Source of the DNA: Rhizophagus irregularis
Taxonomy: Eukaryota
DNA: 64,000 nucleotides
Assembly (NCBI RefSeq): GCF_026210795.1
Contig: NC_089435.1
Location: 3,534,001 to 3,598,000, forward strand
Direction: 5' to 3'
Shown: positions 1 through 13,127 of the stretch, one piece after another
How the letters are laid out: each line of letters begins with the position of its first letter
How positions within the stretch are numbered: position 1 is the first letter of the stretch
The notes under the pieces: generated by a model
What the model saw: the letters and a program-made list of their open reading frames with translations, nothing else
Told to the model about the DNA's origin: nothing
Database searches by the model: none
Program-made: the position numbers and the translations under genes

Positions 1-3000
1 TCGGAAGACCATATGAAGAACACGAAGAAGTGCTAATGAATCTGAAATTCGAAAATGGATCATCTCAAACAAGATCAGTTGGTAAGTCCACTACTTCATT
101 TTCATGTATATGATTGGTTATGTAGTAAAACTTATAAAATTCTTTTTTAAGAAACCAGACAACATGTTAACAGAAGACAAACTCGGAAATGGAATTAGCA
201 CTCGCAGAAATTCCGGGGGCAAATCGACAAACCGGGAAAACAAGCAATGGAACTCTTTCCACAATAAGAACCCAAACCACCGCCTGTAAGGAAGGTAAAT
301 ATTGCAGCCAAGATTCTGGACCAGAGAAATTAACAAAGTACACGAATCAGATGCATCGAGATCTACAAAAAGACAATATTCTTAATGATGTAATTTGCCA
401 TAATACTGTATTATTGGGGTAGTTAGGGAATTTTAAATTTAATAAAAAAAGTGGTACCACATATATATATATATAAATCATTACTTAATGTTAAGACACA
501 GGGGTCAGGTGCTTGGCATATTTCTCTTATCCATGGTTCCTATACACAATTTCTTAACATATTCTTTACTAATAAGATCTCTAGCAATAAGCCTTAAAGA
601 ATTATAATATTTTTTTTTAATACCGTAGTATGAATCGCAATATGTAATTTTTTTTATACAAATAATAAACCAAAGACGCGTTTTTACATGGCTATATATT
701 TTGTCGTATGATGTAGCGAGTGTGGGTTTGTGGGCATTATTTTTCGTTGCAGCCAATATAGAACACGAAATATACAATGTAATTCTTCAGAAATATCTTG
801 TCAAGATGATTGGTGATCTTTGAATGGTGTTAGACTTTATTAATTGATCGATTTCCGCGACGAAAAATCATTTTTTTACGTAATGATCTATTCCAATTTG
901 TGCTTACCACAAAAAATATACAATAAAAGGTTGAAACACTAGTTAATGATCCATTTATCCGATTTGTGCATAATTTAGCGAAACAAATAAATCTTAGCAA
1001 TCCTATGAAAATTTCGGACATATTATTCTTGTTAAATATGATCATCCGAGAGAAAATTGTGATCTCCAGCATATATTTTGTTTAATTATTTTTTATTTCC
1101 ACAAATTCAATGTATCGCAAGAATTTCGTTTTTTCTTATTTACTTTGCGAACGTAATAAAATCCAACTAACGTGATAAACACCTAATTATCATCATTGTC
1201 AAATATATAGTAGAATTTCCTGATTCTAAGAATACATAGAGTTCTATGAATTCTAAGATTTTTTTCTCATGTATATATAGATTATATATCTATAGAAAAA
1301 TGAGTAACTCGTTATTTCCATCTTTTAACACATACTACACAACACAACTTAACCAACTTTCACGTTCTATTAAAATGATATATGACGAAGTCTCAAAACT
1401 CGGAAATATCCACTAACAATAGAAGAGGTGAGTGGTATTCATCCTGAATTGGAAGAACTATTGAATCAGAGGTAGTCAATTACACAAAGAAAAAGGATCA
1501 TCAACGACCGAGAACAACGCCAGGTGGTATTGATGTTACTAACAGGTTAGTTTTATTCGAACAGACTCTTTCTGAACGAGAAAGGAAATAACTGACCGTG
1601 AAAAACCGTCATACCAATGTGAAGAAGAATATGCGAAGAAATTGGAACGGGCAAAATTAGAAAATCAGAAAATAATAACCAATCAAATCAAAATGGAAAA
1701 CGATGCTTATCTTAGTGCTGAATCCTAACGTTTGCAAGATGAACAAGAGAGATTTGCGGATGGTTTACGTTCATTAAAGAAGAATCTGAGGGAGCAATAT
1801 AATATCAAAATGTAACGTGAAACTGTCATGAATAAACCATAGAAGAGAAAGACAAAAAAATCGCTCAATTATTATCTGTGTTTAGTCATAATATATTTGT
1901 TTTCGATGATATAAAGTATAAATGTTTGTCTAATTTTATTGCAACGAACTCTTGATAGTATTAAATAATACATCATAAAAGGCGAAAAATATTCGCTGCA
2001 GATTTAATAGCTGTGCAATACATTAAAAATGCGTTAAATTTATTACCAAATTAATTTTTAAAACAAGAAAGTTGTGAGAAATTAACTGAACTACACAACC
2101 GTGATATGATACAACCCGCTCTTTAAAAATATGATCGATTTCATTTGAATTTCTTCCTGAACTTCTAATTTTTTGCTATATATAAGAAATGGCAACTCCG
2201 ATAATATATGAATATATTCAGTGGTTTTTCTTACTTAGTTAAATGAGTTAAATTACGAAAAAAAATCAAATGGGAATGGATCTGGAACTTGTACCTTCAA
2301 ATTTTCTATTGGTTTAAGGATATTACTTGCGCTCTCTCTTTTCATCAATCAACTTACATAAAACCAGAAATAAATATTTGATATAAATCTGGATTCTGTC
2401 GTCTTGTATATTATTTATCACACAAATTCCGTAGCTTTATGGTAAATTTTAAAAAATGTCGTGTTCATGGCCGTGCGGAAGGTCTTTTTTTGATAACATT
2501 CATACAGCATTCTCTAGTTTAACAGATTTTTCTGGTTACAACGAATGCATTTTTCGGTAGGTGTATTTCAATTCGTTTATTAGTTCTAAGGATAAAATCT
2601 ATATGTACTTACAAAATCTGAAAATTTATGGAAGTACAAATCATATTACTCATCTGGCGCTCGCTCGTTCACTTGACGATTGCGGACTGTCTTTTTTTAC
2701 TTGATTATAAATGGTGATTCTGATATTAAACAACGAGGAACTGATTAGGAAACAATTTAATATTTGCGAAAAAATTTTTTCTCTGAGAAAGAAAATATTT
2801 AATCGACAGATATGAAATTTTTTTTTTTTCTTTTTCGGTTAGTTTTTTTCCAAACTGAAAATTTTTTTTCCCTCTTCTTTTTTCAGGTTGGTTTTTTTTA
2901 AACCGAATGAATTTTTTGTTTTTTTTTCTTTTTTCACCATTTAGATAGGTTCTTTTTTACTTTTTTTTGCTGATTTTTTTTCCGCTTAATAATTTAATAT

Positions 3001-3917
3001 AATAATACTTATTTTTATTAATGTTAATAAAAAAAATCTATATAATATTGCTGCCATACTTCTTTAATATAAAAATAGAAATACAAATTTTTCTAATAAT
3101 ATTGTTAATACTAAATCCACATGACACTACTTCATAATATCAAAATTATCATATCAAGAATTTATTAATATAGAATGTAAATATAATTTGTATTTAATAA
3201 TATAATAAATTATATCATTTCAATATTGTGAAATATTAACAAATTATAAATAATGTAATATCGAATAAATATATATCTGAAATTTTTTTTTATGTTGATT
3301 TAACTCATTAATCCTATTAATCCTATTTGCAACGCAACAGGTTATAGTTAGTTATTCCGGCGACCTTATAGTGAAACTTACAATGCGAAGGAACAAAAAC
3401 CATGGAAGACGCATATCTCTAATTTCTTTATTCTAATTAAATAGATAAAATTATTATAAAAGTAAATCAATGATAATTATTACGTACTTTACTAAATTAA
3501 TCATTATTTTATATTTCATATTCATCTCAAGTATATCTAATAACAAATTGTAGAAATTATTTATTCAAAAGATGATAACAATTTGTACTTACAATCTTAC
3601 AACATAGATCACAGATTTATTTTACTGATCGTCTGATCGATAAATTTATACGGTAAGATTTGATATCTTTAAAAACTGCATTTTTTTTCTATGGTAGTTT
3701 AACAAGTTAGTACATATGATTATAAATATAAAGGACAAAAATGTAATGAGTTGGGACAATTTTATTTGAAATAAAATTTTATTAAGAAATTATTTACTAT
3801 TATTAAATAATTGAAGAATAAAGTTGTTAATATTTTAGTGAAAAAAAACCCCGTTAAAACTTCTCTAAACCAAATTACTGTTAAACTTTCTTATTCCTAA
3901 AGGCTAAAGCAATAATA

Positions 3918-4216
3918 GCCCTGTTCATTTCCGGTCGGTCGCATTTTTCGGTCAGATTTAAGTTAATTTTGATTGGGCTGATCAGTTTGTACAACGCAAC
4001 CATTTTCTGTTTGGGTTTTTTGGTCGAACATCAAAAATAACCAACCAAAATTAGATGACATTTAAGAAAAAAATATATATCAATAAGAGGAGTTCGAACT
4101 AAATTTCAATCTAAAGCAGTTCAATTTGCGATCGAAAATAAAAAAATTTTATTGGATAATTTTTGTACACAACAAAATCCGACCGAAAAATGCAACCGAC
4201 CGGAAATGAACAGGTC
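3918..4216. mobile_element. MITE with ~35-bp terminal inverted repeats, TA-flanked
   Basis: Left (ta)gccctgttcatttccggtcggtcgcatttttcggtc is the near reverse complement of right gaccgaaaaatgcaaccgaccggaaatgaacaggtc(ta); non-coding interior. Confidence 0.8.
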
Positions 4217-4782
4217 TAATGTATCAATTAAGAATAGTTTTATAATTGCAAATAAGCTGTTAAAGATGACAAACATAAAATAGTTGTATTACCAAATCCT
4301 GAAATAATATTCTGACTTTTAAACTTGTAAAATTTGCAGATTTGATCAATATACTAAAAGGTCTACTTTTATATATAGCAACTGACCGGATAATTTGTTA
4401 TTATAAATCCAATATCATATAATTTGCTACCAAAAGGAATAAATATATGATATCATAACATTTGGCAACATTGTTGCATTAATCAATAAAACATTCAGGT
4501 GCATTTGCCTTCAATAATAAGATCTCGTCTTCACTCGTCATTAATTTTCTCATGTTTCCTGATTTGCAATAATTACTAATTATCATAAAATTTTGTGTTG
4601 AAATTTTGAGTAGCTCAAAAGTATCGATTAGTGTAATTGTAGAATAATTGTGTTTAAAGATAAAATTATTATTATTAAATACAAAGGTTCTTTTGTTCTT
4701 AACTTTATTATATAACATTAATATACATAAACCATACCTTTTAGATTCAATGTTTTTTAGAATCATTAAGTTCCTTAATTTT

Positions 4783-4990
4783 CCCTATAGAAAATTTTTA
4801 TCCGAATATTTCTATTATTTCTCCGTGTCTTCCGTAAGAATTCCGTGAAAATGATACATTCACGGATATCCGTGTTAGCGAGATAAAAATTTCCATGATT
4901 TAAGGCTATAAATTACATGAAAATAATACATTCACGGAAAAAACATGGAAAGATGAAACGCGGATCAGATTTTTTACATGGTTTCTGTGG
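4783..4990. mobile_element. CCC-terminal MITE family copy with degenerate right end
   Basis: Starts ccctatagaaaattttttatccg and aligns closely along its length with the copy at 20177-20358. Confidence 0.7.
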
Positions 4991-5699
4991 AATATCATGA
5001 TTTTTACGCCCATTCCGTGAAAATAAATAACTATTACATTTATCAGAATAAATAAAACCACATTAATCATTTTTTTTTCACATAATTTTTTTACCGATAA
5101 ATTAGTTTTTATTTCTCTTTTAACTATTTTTTCAAAGTATACTAATATTAATTCCTTGATTTTTCAAAATGTCTTAATTTTTCTGATAAATATAAAAGTA
5201 TTATATTAAATAATATATTCTTTGAATTATCGGTCGTAGTAGTTTTTGAATTAACGATCTTAAAATATTTGATATTAACTAAAATCATGAAAAGAGAGAT
5301 TTAATCATGCAGTGACTTCCATAATTATTGTACCACTTCGTAAAATTTTACACTGCCCAGAATTATAAATTATGGCCATTTTGGTCGGCATTAAGTGCAA
5401 ATCGTTGTATCTCATAACCAAATAACTTATAAATAAAATATTTAAATAGTTTATTGTTTGCAAATTTTATTAATGCTTTATTTTTAGTTTTTCGAAAAAA
5501 AAACGTTAAGCAATTTTTGTGGTACAATAATTTTGGCACATATATAAAAAATTCAATTACATTGATTTTGTACGTTGGGTGACTTTGATGCTAAAAAAAT
5601 GATATACAGTAACGTTTTTATCGTAAAATTTTCTCATTTTCTTTCTCCTTCTCATTTACTCTCTTCTAAATTCTAATATTTTCAGCTTGATTAGAAACT

Positions 5700-6040
5700 G
5701 GTGACAATTTCTATATTATTAGAAGTAGCAGTTATACATGATCATGGATACGTACATCGCGATTTTCATAGCGGAAACGTTTTATATGAATTTTTCAGAA
5801 TCTTTTGAAGAAAAAATCAAATTATAGTGTTATACAAAATATGATATATTATTATTACGTAATGAATTTTTCGATATCAAAGGAACTTCAAAATCTTATT
5901 TGGATTTAATGATAAAATGTTGGGATAATTCGCCTTTAAATAGATCAAATATTAATGAAATTATTGATATTATTGAAAATTGAAACATTCTATGGAATTT
6001 AAATCCTGAAATTATCGAAATAGCTAAAATTGAAAGAAAA
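5700..6040 (+). pseudogene. Protein kinase gene remnant
   Basis: Translates to IHDHGYVHRDFHSGNVL (catalytic loop) and KSYLDLMIKCWDNSPLNRSNINEII (subdomain XI), separated by deletions and stops. Confidence 0.8.
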
Positions 6041-6514
6041 GTTTGGTTAAAAGTAATGATTGGTTTTTTTTAATAATTGTAAAAATGTCAAAGGATAGCA
6101 GATTTATTTATTTATTTATTTCTAGTAAAGATTAAAATATACATTTTATAATTTGTTAAATAAAATTTATTATATCAAATAAATTAATATACAATACATT
6201 TTATTTCAGTGATGTTTGTCGTTAATAGCAAAACATTGGCTGTCTAATATAATTTGTTATATTCTAGTTAAAAATTTGAATAAATGTTTTATATAATATT
6301 TTATCACTTACTATAAATACTAAACATTTTATGAAGTATTCTACACCATACAAATTTGTTTGTGCATCTTCCCAGGAGTAGATAGTAAATTTCCAACAGG
6401 TATGTATCAATTTTAATTTTCAATAAAAAATTCTTGAAACGAACGATTCTCTAACGAACGATTCTCTAGTATGTTGAATAAAGCAAAAATGATAATATTA
6501 AGAAAAGTATATAA

Positions 6515-9500
6515 TTATAAGCTGTTAAGGATATCTTTTAAATCAAGTAAATTTTCCATTTCTTTTCTTGAAAAATACTTGTCTTTGAAAGTTTCTGGAA
6601 CATTTGAGAAAAATTCGTGATAATCTGGTAATAAATAACCTATAAAACTCGTGTCGGGAATGTAAGTTATTTCGCATGGATTATATCCAAATCGAATATA
6701 TTCTATTTGCTATGTGAATCAAAAAATAATATTATATTTTGTTCAAAAAAAGGAAATTGATCTGAATAAGTAAATAGGAACATACCATTTCAATAGAATT
6801 TATTTCAATTTCAATTGAAAGTTGAGTATCATAATATAGGCCACGTATTGAAGTCCGATATTCTATCCAACCTAACCCCTCAAGTTTTGATACACCTTCA
6901 TGTTTTAACATATAATCTTTTTGATAATTCTATAATTAAGTTAATATTAATTTAAAATTAAATAAAATAATAGAGATTTTAATTAATTAACTTACGCCAT
7001 TGGGTATAAATTTTATAAAGCAATCCTTAGATAATATTTTTTTAACATTCATTTTACAAATGAGATGGTCATAATTATTTTTTAGTGTAGGCAAAACCAA
7101 ATGAAGATTTTCATTTTTAGAAGACAATACCAGCCCTGATAAACTTTAATTTTAAAATTATGATTAATTTGTATTTAAGACAATTTGACTTAAAGTATTA
7201 TTATGAGTAGACTCTACTACCTGCTTATATCACTTTCTTGAAATTGACAAAGTTCACTATTCAAATTTGTAAGATTTGAAACAAAATATACTCCATGTTC
7301 TAATGAGTTTAAGATATCAATTATGATTATCTTAAATAGAAGATAATAAATAATTTGAATATTTTCTTACCTTTATACATATATTTACTAAATTTATCGA
7401 CAATTCCAAATTCGGTAAAATCATTTTTGTTAATTTCACAAACTTCATATAAATATGACCAAAAATCCGGATGATCTTGTATAAAATAACCAATAAATGC
7501 AGATACAATATAACATAAATGAAATTTTGCTTTACTATACTCTTTTAATTCAATATAAATTTTGCATTTAATAAAACGTAGTAAATTACTAATAGGAATT
7601 TGATCGATTTTTGTTAATATATTGTTTAATTCTTTAGAACTATTATTATTTAGCAAGTATTCTAGATAAAATAAATGAACCTTTGCAGAATCATTGTCAG
7701 AATTCAATAATTTTGCACACTTTTTAAATGATACTTTAGCATTGTTATTATCATTCTTTGTATAATACGTTAAACTTTTAAGATAATATGCTGAACTATT
7801 TAAGGGATCTAATTGTATAATTTTATCAAGATCTGATAATACTTTATCATATTTCTTAATAATATAGTATGTAATAGCTCTTCTATTCAAATTATGAATG
7901 TTTTCTGGATCTAAAGTATAAGCTTTTGTAAAGTATGATATAGCTTTCCTATATTGTAACAATTTATATAAAATTTCTCCATAATAACATAAAACCAAAG
8001 AATCCTCATTATTGATATTTAATAATTTATCCAATAAATTTAATGTACTTAAAAATTGTGCATACGCTTATGAAATGAAAAGAGATTATTTAAGACATAA
8101 ATAATTATTTGGATCATTTTTTAATGCAATATTATAATTTTCTATAGCTTTTGTATAATTATAATAATTATTATAATTACGTAATAAGTAACTATTTCCG
8201 AGTAATATATGTAAGTTAATTATTTTTGATTTATATCCTAATGATTTTTCTATATTATATATTGCTTCACCATATATATTTTGTCTAAAAAATATTTCTC
8301 CACAAATAAAATAAGCAATTGATCTTTTGGGATTTAAATCAATAGCTTCTTTTAAAAATAGGTGTGTTTGTTCGTAATTGGTAAGACATCTATAAATATA
8401 CGCTAAAATACATCTTAAAGAATAACTTTTAGGAAAAAAATTTATAAATTCTTTGCATAAAGATTCAGCTTTTTCATAATTTTTTTCATTTATTTCTTTT
8501 ATAATATTTTGATATGTTGGATGTTGTTTTTTTATAATTCTTGAAAGTATTGGAGATGATATTTTTGAATTTAATTTAATAATTGAATTCATAAATTTCT
8601 TTTTTTTAGTTAATATGAGTTCAACTTCTGAATTATCTGAATCATCACTGTCATATAATTGATCGGAATTTTCTAATTCAATTGAAGGTAAAATATGTCC
8701 AGATTCAAAAAATTTTGTATATAAGTTTTTATAAATTGAATTTTGTGGTAAATATCTTATATCATTATCTTCAATTTTTTCTCGACAATTGGGACATATT
8801 TTTTGCTTTAAATTTTCTAAATTGCTTAATGCTAACATATGTTGGCATTTTAAAATACATAATTGATCCGTTGGTTCACTATTAATTGGACAAGTAATTT
8901 CATCTGCTATAACATCTAAAATGTTAGAATTTGATATTTGTTCTTTCTTTAAATATGAATTTTGATTTGATTTTTTTCCTTTCCCCTCTTTTCCTTTTCC
9001 AGTATTATTACTTAGAATTTTTAAATCTTCATGATATTTCTCTTTAACAAAAGTTAATAAATTTCGAAATTTTTCTAAAGAATCTTCCAAATTATTTTCA
9101 CTTAATTTTTGTGTGTATTGATCAAAATCAATTTCAATCATTGAAAACATTTTATTATCAATATTATATAAATGTAATAATAATTCAATAGATTTAAACT
9201 GAATAAAACTGCTTGGTGCTTTATTAAGTGATTCAATTGCTAAATAATAACAAAGACCATATGTTGCTATTCGAGATGATCTTTGGATAAGATTTTGTGC
9301 AAGATCTAATATTCCAAACACCAAAATATGTGGTAGTGCTATAGGTTCATTTCCAGAAAGTTCATTTAAAAAGCCTCCAGTATTTTTCAAAGCTTTAGCG
9401 ACTTTATTTGATACTTCATCAAATTTTGTTTGAGAATCTAAAATAGACTTGTCCACAGCATTAACCCATTCTCTTTCCAAAAAACTCCAAATATATTCCA

Positions 9501-10470
9501 TTAATACTAATTCTCCAAATTTTTTACTTATAATCTTTTCACTTTCAGACCAAATAAAAAGATTATGTTGAATTATTAACATAATTCTCCAATCTACATA
9601 ATAAGATGCTACCGGATATTTAAAACTTAAACTCTGACGTATTTGAGTAAGCAGTGATAAGATTGAACAATTATCATTTGGAAGAGTAACTCCTGCTATT
9701 GATAAAATTCCTGGTGTAATATTTAATGCAGCTTTAAGAAAATCTTTAGTTCTTCGTATAATTTCTTGCATCATCACGTAAACTATGAAGAGTATCTCGT
9801 AAATGGATTAATAAAAAATCAATATTATAATTACGCTTTTTAATTGCAATTTGATCATTATTTTGTTGATTGAATTGATTAAAATTTGTTCTAAAATTAT
9901 TATCAAGTCCTATTTCGATAACCTGAGTTGTTTTACGATGAATTTCTGCAAATTTTGCCAAAGAATTATAAACTTTATCTCGAAGTTCTTTACTAAGTAC
10001 TATTGGTGAAAAACATATCCGTTCTAAAACAGTAACCAAAATTCTTAAATGTAATTCCAATCTAGCTACACTTTCTTTTGAATAATGTTTAAAAGAAGTA
10101 TCAACTAAACCTTCTAATGAATTTTCTAAAACTTGAGACGAAAACTCATTTTGTAAATTTTCAAAAAGTAATTTAAGTGCATACAAATAACTTGATTTAG
10201 TTAGATTTTTTAAAAGTTCTTCTACTTTGTCATCTGGAGTAATGAATCCATCCTCTTCTAATTTGAGAAGGATACGATTGTTGAACATAGTATTTTCATA
10301 CAAAATCGTTTTATATGAAACAGGGTCATTATTTTCTAAGCTACCAGAAGCAGTATTGGTAGAAGAATTTCCACTCTGTTATTATATAAAATTAGTTTTA
10401 TTGATATGCAATTAATTAAAGTTTAATATTGTTTAAAATAATAATTTACCTGACTTGAACTTCCTTTCAT
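6515..10470 (-). pseudogene. Multi-exon RING/U-box-like + TPR-repeat protein gene, disrupted
   Basis: Exons with GT-AG borders: 10470-10450, 10375-7371, 7299-7221, 7143-6996, 6929-6786, 6709-6515. Contains CPI..CQH..CPNC RING-like motif and TPR helices. Frameshift near 9770 and two in-frame stops at 8088-8068 within an inverted segment. Confidence 0.8.
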
Positions 10471-10904
10471 ATTTTTTATTACAAAAAGAAGTAAGAAAAA
10501 ATTTTATTATATCGACAGAATTAAGTAAAATTATAATCAAAATGTATGTAACATAATAACTGTGTATTTGAACTCATTGTCTCATTCAGTATTTATTTAA
10601 TGTAACGACTGTAACGTGTCGCAAATATTTGTAAAAATTTGGACGTAAATTCTAAGCGCTGATCAGCGTGATTTAATTGGTTATTCTTTTTCTTTTTTTT
10701 TCAGTACTAGAGAAAAAAAAAAAATTTTTTTCCCGCAGACATACAATTTGTAAATACCAAAAATGTAAATCCTATAATTTATATTAACTTTTCTATTTAT
10801 GCTAACTAGGATATTGTAAACTTTATTTACCGCCCCTCTAATTTTTCTAAGAAGTATTGATAAAAGAATTTTCACTCTATATTATATAAAATAAGTTTTC
10901 ACGA

Positions 10905-11050
10905 TTTGCAATTAATTAAATTCTAATATTGCTTAAAATATTAATTTACCTAACTTGAACTTCCTTTCATATTTTTTTTATTACAAGGAAATAATAATTC
11001 TATACCGATAGAATTAAGTAAAATTACAATCAAAATTCGTGTATCACGAT
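10905..11050 (-). repeat. Duplicate of exon 1 and flanks of the RING/TPR gene
   Basis: Matches ~10405-10560; the exon copy reads ATG AAA GGA AGT TCA AGT TAG (CAG changed to TAG) followed by gtaaat. Confidence 0.8.
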
Positions 11051-12359
11051 AACGTGCATTACTGCATTTTTGTACTTCCAACACTTCATTCAAAAAATTC
11101 GATTCAAATTATTCTCGAGTAATCATTTAATATTATTTTTCATTTAAACAACTTGATGGGGCGTTCTAAACTGTTATATGCAAGGCAATAACTTGAAATT
11201 AGAAACAGGAGTTGTAACTGAACATTTATTGTTATAAACTTATATCCATATAACTAAAAAAATACAATGTGTAGCCGTAATGTTTAGATTAGCCTGTATA
11301 AATTGATTTTGAATTGCTGATCCGTATTCTTTATAATGAAATTTTAATCAGAAATTTCTTTTTTTTGCATTATTAGACTACCGATTTATTTTTTTTTTCA
11401 AATATTTATTTTTTTCATTTTTTTTAAACCTATTTTTTTCCTTTTCTTTCGAACCGATTTGAATTCTTTCAGTTCCCTTTTTTTTTAATTTTCTTTTTTT
11501 TTCTTAAATCGATCTTTTACTTTCGTTTTTTCTTTTTTTTAAATTTTCTCTTTTCTCTTTCGAACCACCTTTTTTTTTTCTTTTCCAAAAATTTCGTTTT
11601 TTTTTCCTCTTTCTTTTTCGGTTTGGTTTTTTTTTCGAACCCGAGAATTTTTTTTGGTTTTTTTTCCCAATCTAAATTTTTTTTTATTAAATAATCCTAT
11701 TGTTTTGGTCTTTTAAGACCGATTTTTATATTATTATTTTTTTCGGTCTTCTTTTTTGGACCATATTATTAATTTTTTTTTATTCAGTCTTTTTGGACCG
11801 GATTATTGTCCTTTTTTTTCGGAATTTTTTTCGGTACTTATTTTTTTTACGGTTTCGAAAATTTCCCTTTTTTAAACCGATTTCTTTCTTTATCCTTTTA
11901 TCCTTTTTCAATTTTATTTTTCGTTTTTTTTTTCAAATTTTCTTTATTGTTATTTTTTTTCGGTTTTTTTCGAATTCTTTTTCGTTTTTCTTTTTTCGGG
12001 TTGGCTTTTGACTTTTTTCTCAATCTGAAAAAATTTTTTCACCCTAAGTTTTTTCAGTGAAAGTTCGGTATATAAAGAAAATCACGTGATTAATATCCCA
12101 ATTTCGACCAGAATTAAAGATGTCTTAATTTAGGCAAAATTTAAGTGGTTCTAATTCTGGCCGAAATTAATTAATTTCAGGCGAAATTGGAAAATCATGT
12201 GACTGAGTTCGGTATATCAAAAATTTTTTTACTATGTTTTATAATACGCGGTGAATCAATAAAAGTTCGGTATACGTTATACAAAGTTTATATGATGTTC
12301 GATATATCAAGATGTTTTTAAATACTATGAAACTGGTTTTTAAAAAAAAGTTCGGTAAG

Positions 12360-12406
12360 TCGAGAGTTCGTTACATCGTGGGTTCGTTACATCGAGATCA
12401 GACTGT
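12360..12406. mobile_element. One Tc1/pogo-like terminus
   Basis: gttcgttacatcg repeated twice and ending in gactg-ta; no partner terminus found; preceded by T-rich low-complexity DNA. Confidence 0.4.
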
Positions 12407-13127
12407 ATGTTTATATTTCACGTTTTCCACACGTGTCAGTCGTGTCACGCTTATCATGCAATTCAACTATATTTAATTACGTGCGTTAAAATGATTATTA
12501 TATATTTAACAAGTATAACAAATCTGATTATTTTCGTCTGAAGGTATTTCTATGATAACTTTAAATTTAGAAAAATTTTATAGCATCAATAAATATCCGT
12601 ATAAATACCTTTTCTTTTATTAAGTTATTTATTAAACCGGATAGATTTCCTTTGTAGTTGCTGGAGAAAAAAAAACTTTCTCTTGTTAATTTTTTCTCAA
12701 GTTTCAACAATCAACTAAAATGAGTTTTGATGTATCGTTCTTAATGTTAACGTCGTCTTATTTTGTAGGAGTTTGACATCACGAGCCTGAAGTTAAAATT
12801 TTGGAGATTAATATTTGAACTTTTCTATAAGCTAGACTAAAAAAACCGGATCGATCATCGATTATCAAATATAATAGAGGAATATTATAACATATAACAA
12901 GATACATTTATTCTATGAATGTTTATTATAGATAAAACTTGGTGATATATCAAAAGATCTAATAAAAATTCTACATTAAACACCATAAAAATATTATTTA
13001 ATAGGAACATTACTGAAATTTCTTAAAAATTCTCTTTATTTGTAATAATAATGAATATTATTGACAAATTCTAATCCTAATACTTCTAAATAATAATAAC
13101 AAAATATATTCTAACAGATAAAATACA

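Noticed and set aside
1..2650. Short ORF fragments
   Set aside because: Look like decayed coding or repeat sequence, but no recognisable domain supports a call.
11700..12060. Phe-rich ORFs
   Set aside because: Products of T-rich low-complexity DNA.
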